Positions 59,601 through 64,000 of a stretch of DNA of 64,000 nucleotides are shown here, one piece after another (position 1 is the stretch's first letter; each line of letters starts with the position of its first letter). Made by a program: the position numbers and the translations under genes. Source of the stretch: Macrostomum lignano (taxonomy: Eukaryota). A model generated the notes under the pieces. It saw nothing but the letters and a program-made list of their open reading frames with translations, was not told the DNA's origin and did no database searches. The stretch spans positions 124,001 to 188,000 of the forward strand of contig NIVC01001475.1 of NCBI GenBank assembly GCA_002269645.1, given 5' to 3'.

Positions 59601-61307
59601 CAACAGACTAGTAACAGCTGCTGGAGGTGGTGGCGGATTTCTCAACAATAACTGCAGTGTATTTAGAACTTTCTGTTGGTCGCTGGCGCTTAACTGTTGC
59701 TTTTGTTGTTGTTGTTGTTGGCGCGGAGCAGGCTCGCATTTAACCATGGTACCCTGAAATGACGGCAGCGATATAGTCTGCCGCTGCTGCTGCTGCAGTT
59801 GCTGCCGAACGGGGGCACTTTCGGAATGCAGTAAATCCATTAAAGTCACTGGCACCTGTTCGTTTTTAAAAGGCTGCTGTTGTTGCTGTTGTTGTTGCTG
59901 CGGCATAGCAGTCTCACTATAGTAGTCAACCGATCTCAACGGACCGGCGCTAGTACCGGATGTACTTCCTGTAAAAGTTATTGGCGCCTGTAACTGATAA
60001 GTAGTCGGAGGAAATTGCAGATGCTGCTGTTGCTGCTGATGCGGATACTGGCTGGCACTGGAAGTTGCTAGAAAGCTAGGATAGATAACCTGGCCACCAC
60101 TGCTGCTAACCGGGACCTGCTGTTGCATGACTTGATCCACAGGCTGGTGCTGATAAGTTGAAGCTTGCACAGTGACTGGCTGCTGCTGCGGAGTAGTAAG
60201 CATTGCTAAAATATCACTAGCAGTGGCCGCCTCATCAATACTAGGCTGCAATTGAAGCAGTCCCGGCTGAATAAAATCCGAATTGCCAACCAGATTAAAA
60301 TCTTTAGCAGTCGGAAATTGCAACGCGTCGTTTGGTTGAAATAAATTGTCGAAACTTTCCAATGGAAGGTCGTTGAAAATGTCGTCTAAGAAGTTATTAT
60401 TGCTACTGCTAACTACCACGCCACAGGCGCCGCTATTACTGGCAGCTGGACTGGCTGGTCGGCCAGACCGACGCTTGACATCGGCTGCAGAATTCTGCGC
60501 CAACCAATCGCTATTACTAGTGATGTCCATCGGCTCCTCTTCATTAGCAGCTGGCGTAGCAATCGATGACGAAAGCGTAAAAACAGCCGGAGCTCGTTGA
60601 CGACGCTGTTTTGGAAAAGTACGCCAACGAGAATATTCGTTGCAAACTGTCTCTAAACGGCGCTTCCAGTATTTGCCCTCCATGATGACCGCTTCAGCTT
60701 TGGAATGCACCTCGTCCGACAGTGGACTGGCAAACTGGACCACTTTCGGTCGCTTCTGTTTAACAAACTGCAGATGATACTCGCGCCAAATAATATTGTT
60801 AAGACGGATTTTGTCTTTAGTAGTGAATCGCATGCCGCGAAATTCGTTCCACTTTGGGCTAGTGAGTTTGCCAGAGTAAGTGAGACTGAGAAAAGCTAAT
60901 AACTTTGACAGCGACTCGTCAATTGATACTTCACTGGGGCGTTTGGCAAGGACTGGATGCTGCTGCTGATGCTGTAAATTCTCATCAATTTGCTGTCTGG
61001 ACTGCGGCTGCATCTGGCCCTGCTGCTGCTGGTGCTCAGTTAATTGAGCATTCATCTGTTGTTGCTGTTTCTGCTGCTGAATAGACTGGAACAGGTTGCT
61101 AGTACTAGATGAGCCGCTAAATACTAGCACAGCTTGAGAACTGGTGTCAGCAAAGTTCACATCGATCTCGTCATCTTCAAGGTTGCTTTTCATAAAGTGA
61201 CCAGAATGGATAGTGCGCTGGGCCGACTGCAAGCCGCAGCCGCCACCGCCAGGGGGTCTGCCAGTGCCTAGTCCCCTAGCACTGAACTGGCCTTGCATCT
61301 CAACCAT
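56660..61307 (-). CDS. MLXIP: MondoA/ChREBP-family bHLH-ZIP transcription factor, 4 exons: 61307-59064, 58382-57915, 57317-57188, 56916-56660; about 1032 aa
   Basis: Mondo conserved regions IHSGHFMKS, SIDESLSKLL, KLTSPKW, DKIRLNNIIWRE, EGKYWKRR, NSDFIQPGLLQLQP; bHLH EQKRRFSINNGF, KVSKAVLLHK; C-terminal NWKFYL-FSL, SWVDQHCSL, STSTSILSDP. Phase-consistent introns (3099 nt). Confidence 0.92.
57440..57875. repeat. Same 28-nt minisatellite as 53700-56430, about 15 copies, in MondoA intron 2
   Basis: Identical unit and orientation. Confidence 0.95.
58535..58808. repeat. 17-nt minisatellite CATAAGCACACCCTTAT, about 15 copies, in MondoA intron 1
   Basis: Tandem units. Confidence 0.93.
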
Positions 61308-61800
61308 CTAGACCAGCATGTAAGCTCACTAGTTGTCAAACTGGAGCCTTCTGAACACAGACTAGTTCTGAGCAAATTAATGTGATGAAGCACTAGCTAA
61401 CATAAAAGTTTTTTGTTTTTTTTTGTATAACTGTTGAAGGCTTTAGATTGTTCAGAAAGTGCAAAATAGAAGTCATTTTTTTTATTCTATAAAGCATTAA
61501 GAATTTTTTATAAATTATGATAAAAATATACTTTATTTACAATTGAAATTCTATCCACACATTAGAGTACCATAAATAGCACTTTATATAATACAAATCT
61601 GTTTCTAATATATATAATTTTGTATATACCATAATACTATACTTGTCTATGGCTTCCATAGACTCACAAACATCATTTGTCTATAAGTACGAGCTTGTAT
61701 TTTCAATATTATTAATTGATTAATTTGGCTGGTCAGAATCATCTTTTATCAATTGTTATTGAATTAGATATGCATTTCAAGAGTACACTTTAAAGACAGA

Positions 61801-62189
61801 TAGAGGTCAGACAGGATCCCAATCCCAAAATCTTGGGATCCCGAGGAAAATTGGATTCCCACGGGACTAGAATCCCAACCCTAAAAACACGAGAAACAGG
61901 AACAGGTCTTTTGATTAAAAATTTATAGAATTACTGATTACTTGAATGTATTTTGTTTTACCTTGTACTCATTACATTATTAATTTGTTGGTTACAAAAC
62001 TTTGCATCAATTTTGTTGCATTCTACTTTTTGATCTTGACATTTTTAGCTCAATTTTGTTTAACTTTATATGGACCTACAAGCTACAATACACTAAAAGA
62101 CCTGATCCCGATTCCTGGAGCCCAATCCCGAGAAAAAATTATTCCCGATCCCAATCCCACCCAAAGATTTCAATCCCGTCCAACCTCTA
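61801..62189. mobile_element. hAT-type MITE, 389 bp
   Basis: 17-bp TIRs TAGAGGTCAGACAGGAT / TAGAGGTTGGACGGGAT (3 mismatches); perfect 8-bp TSD AAGACAGA at 61793-61800 and 62190-62197; ATCCC subterminal repeats. Confidence 0.88.
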
Positions 62190-63169
62190 AAGACAGACCA
62201 AAGCTAAAATTAGTTATATGAATATAATTAAAAGGTTAACATTTTCTTAAATGCATTATTATTATATTCAGTCATTTTATAATCAATATTATGGTATTTG
62301 TACTAAATTAGCTAAGTATAAATTCTAAAATATAAAAATGAGTTGAAATGTATATTGGCTTTTATAATTAAAAGTTTGTCTAAAATGTAATTAGAAAGAG
62401 CTTGGTTAGAAGAAACAAGATGAATATAATTATATAAGCAATAAAAGAACCCAAAGTAAAGTTATAAATAGTAAATATAGCATTAAAAAAATGGAAACTA
62501 GGAAGATATTAGAGAGCTATTTATGTTAGATAAAATTGGTCTTAGCATAAGCTTTATTTAGTTTTTAAAATGGAAAGAATGATTTTTGATTTAAAAAAAA
62601 GTTTATTTATAGGTATTTTTTGTTACTATAATCAATTTAAATTGCATAAATTAGGCCTACTCAAATTGCAAATTGCAAATAACAAGGCCTACTATTTGCT
62701 TAATGTTCTTTTATCTTTTTGCTATTTGGTATCAAATTGATCTAAATTGATATTTCAATCGGCATATACTTTTATATAAAGAGGGCTTTAGCCAATTTTT
62801 GCAAAGCAGTTTTAGCAATGACCATTTCGAAAAAATAAAATTAGAAAAGCCTAGTTTGAAGAAAGTATAAATTTCATATTGGTTTTTCTCAAATTCCATG
62901 GTCAAAAAGGTGTGCCATGTGCGCCGCAACAAATCCCTAGTCAATTTTTTTAATTGTGCACCATGTGCCAAGTAAAAAAGTGCATGTATGCCATGAAAAA
63001 AGTTGCACACCTTGTATTGGGCCTAGTAGCTACTAGCAATCTTCGCCCCCGATGGGGGGCATCTAGATAGAATCTCTGGCTCTCTACAAGTATCAAAAAG
63101 ACAGCCAAATAAAGCCTTCACATAGACAATAGAAAAACTGCTCAAATGAAGTGCAATGCAAAAAGAAAA

Positions 63170-64000
63170 CATCCCAGGACAGCAAGCACCCCCAGATAGC
63201 AAGCATCCCCCAGATAGCAAGCACCCCCAGATAGCAGGCACCCCAGATAGCAAGCATCCACCTAATAGCAAGCACCCCAAGATAGCAAGCATCCACCTAA
63301 TAGCAAGCACCCTTAGAAAGCAAGCACCCCCAGATAACAAGCATTCACCTAATAGAAAGCACCCTTAGATAGCAAGCATCCCCAGATAGCAAGCACCCCC
63401 AGATAGCAAGCACCTCCAGATAGCAAGCATCTCTAGATAGCAAGCATTCCCAGATAGCAGGCACCCCAGATAGCAAGCATCCACCTAATAGCAAGCACCC
63501 CAAGATAGCAAGCATCCACCTAATAGCAAGCACCCTTAGATAGCAAGCATCCCTAGATAGCAAGCACTCCAAGATAATAGGCACCCCAGATAGCAAGCAT
63601 CCACCTAATAGCAAGCACCCCCAGATAGCTAGAACCTCCAAGATAGCAAGCATCCCCCCAGATAGCAAGCACCCCCAGATAGCACGCATCTCCAGATAGC
63701 AAGCACTCCAAGATAGCAGGCACCCCAGATAGCAAGCATCCACCTAATAGCAAGCACCCAAAGATAGCAAGCATCTACCTAATAGCAAGCACCCCAAGAT
63801 AGCAAACATCTATCTAATAGCAAGCACCCTTAGATAGCAAGCACCCCCAGATAGCAAGCACCCCCAGATAGCAAGCATCCCCAGATAGCAAGCACTCCAA
63901 GATAGTAGGCAGATAACAAGCATTCACCTAATAGAAAGCACCCTTAGATAGCAAGCATCCCCAGATAGCAAGCACCCCCAGATAGCAAGCACCTCCAGAT
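63170..64000. repeat. 17-20-nt minisatellite CCCAGATAGCAAGCACC, running off the window end
   Basis: Tandem degenerate units. Confidence 0.93.

Overview
This window is eukaryotic (metazoan) genomic DNA. GC-rich, Gln/Ala-rich exons alternate with AT-rich or minisatellite-filled introns; this style suggests a free-living flatworm such as Macrostomum, but that is inference and not proven. I rebuilt eight protein-coding genes by hand with GT-AG, phase-consistent exon chains: TTC33-like (+), SVIP-like (+), an ankyrin-repeat protein with a C-terminal SOCS/BC-box (-), RPGR (+), GPSM/Pins/LGN (-), cereblon (-), kinesin-6 KIF23/MKLP1 (-) and MondoA/MLXIP (-). Mobile DNA comprises a decayed LTR-less Ty3/Gypsy fragment, a 5'-truncated RTE LINE with an 8-bp TSD, a hAT MITE with TIRs and a perfect 8-bp TSD, and two weaker non-autonomous candidates. 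By my manual tally, about 35 tandem arrays cover roughly a third of the window, and about 22 of 29 introns carry their own array. In several introns the repeat unit is a copy of the adjacent splice junction, which creates tens of decoy splice sites, some guarded by in-frame stops. Most long ORFs in the supplied track are artefacts of these repeats. There is no CRISPR array, rRNA or complete tRNA. Family assignments rest on recalled motif similarity, not on database searches.
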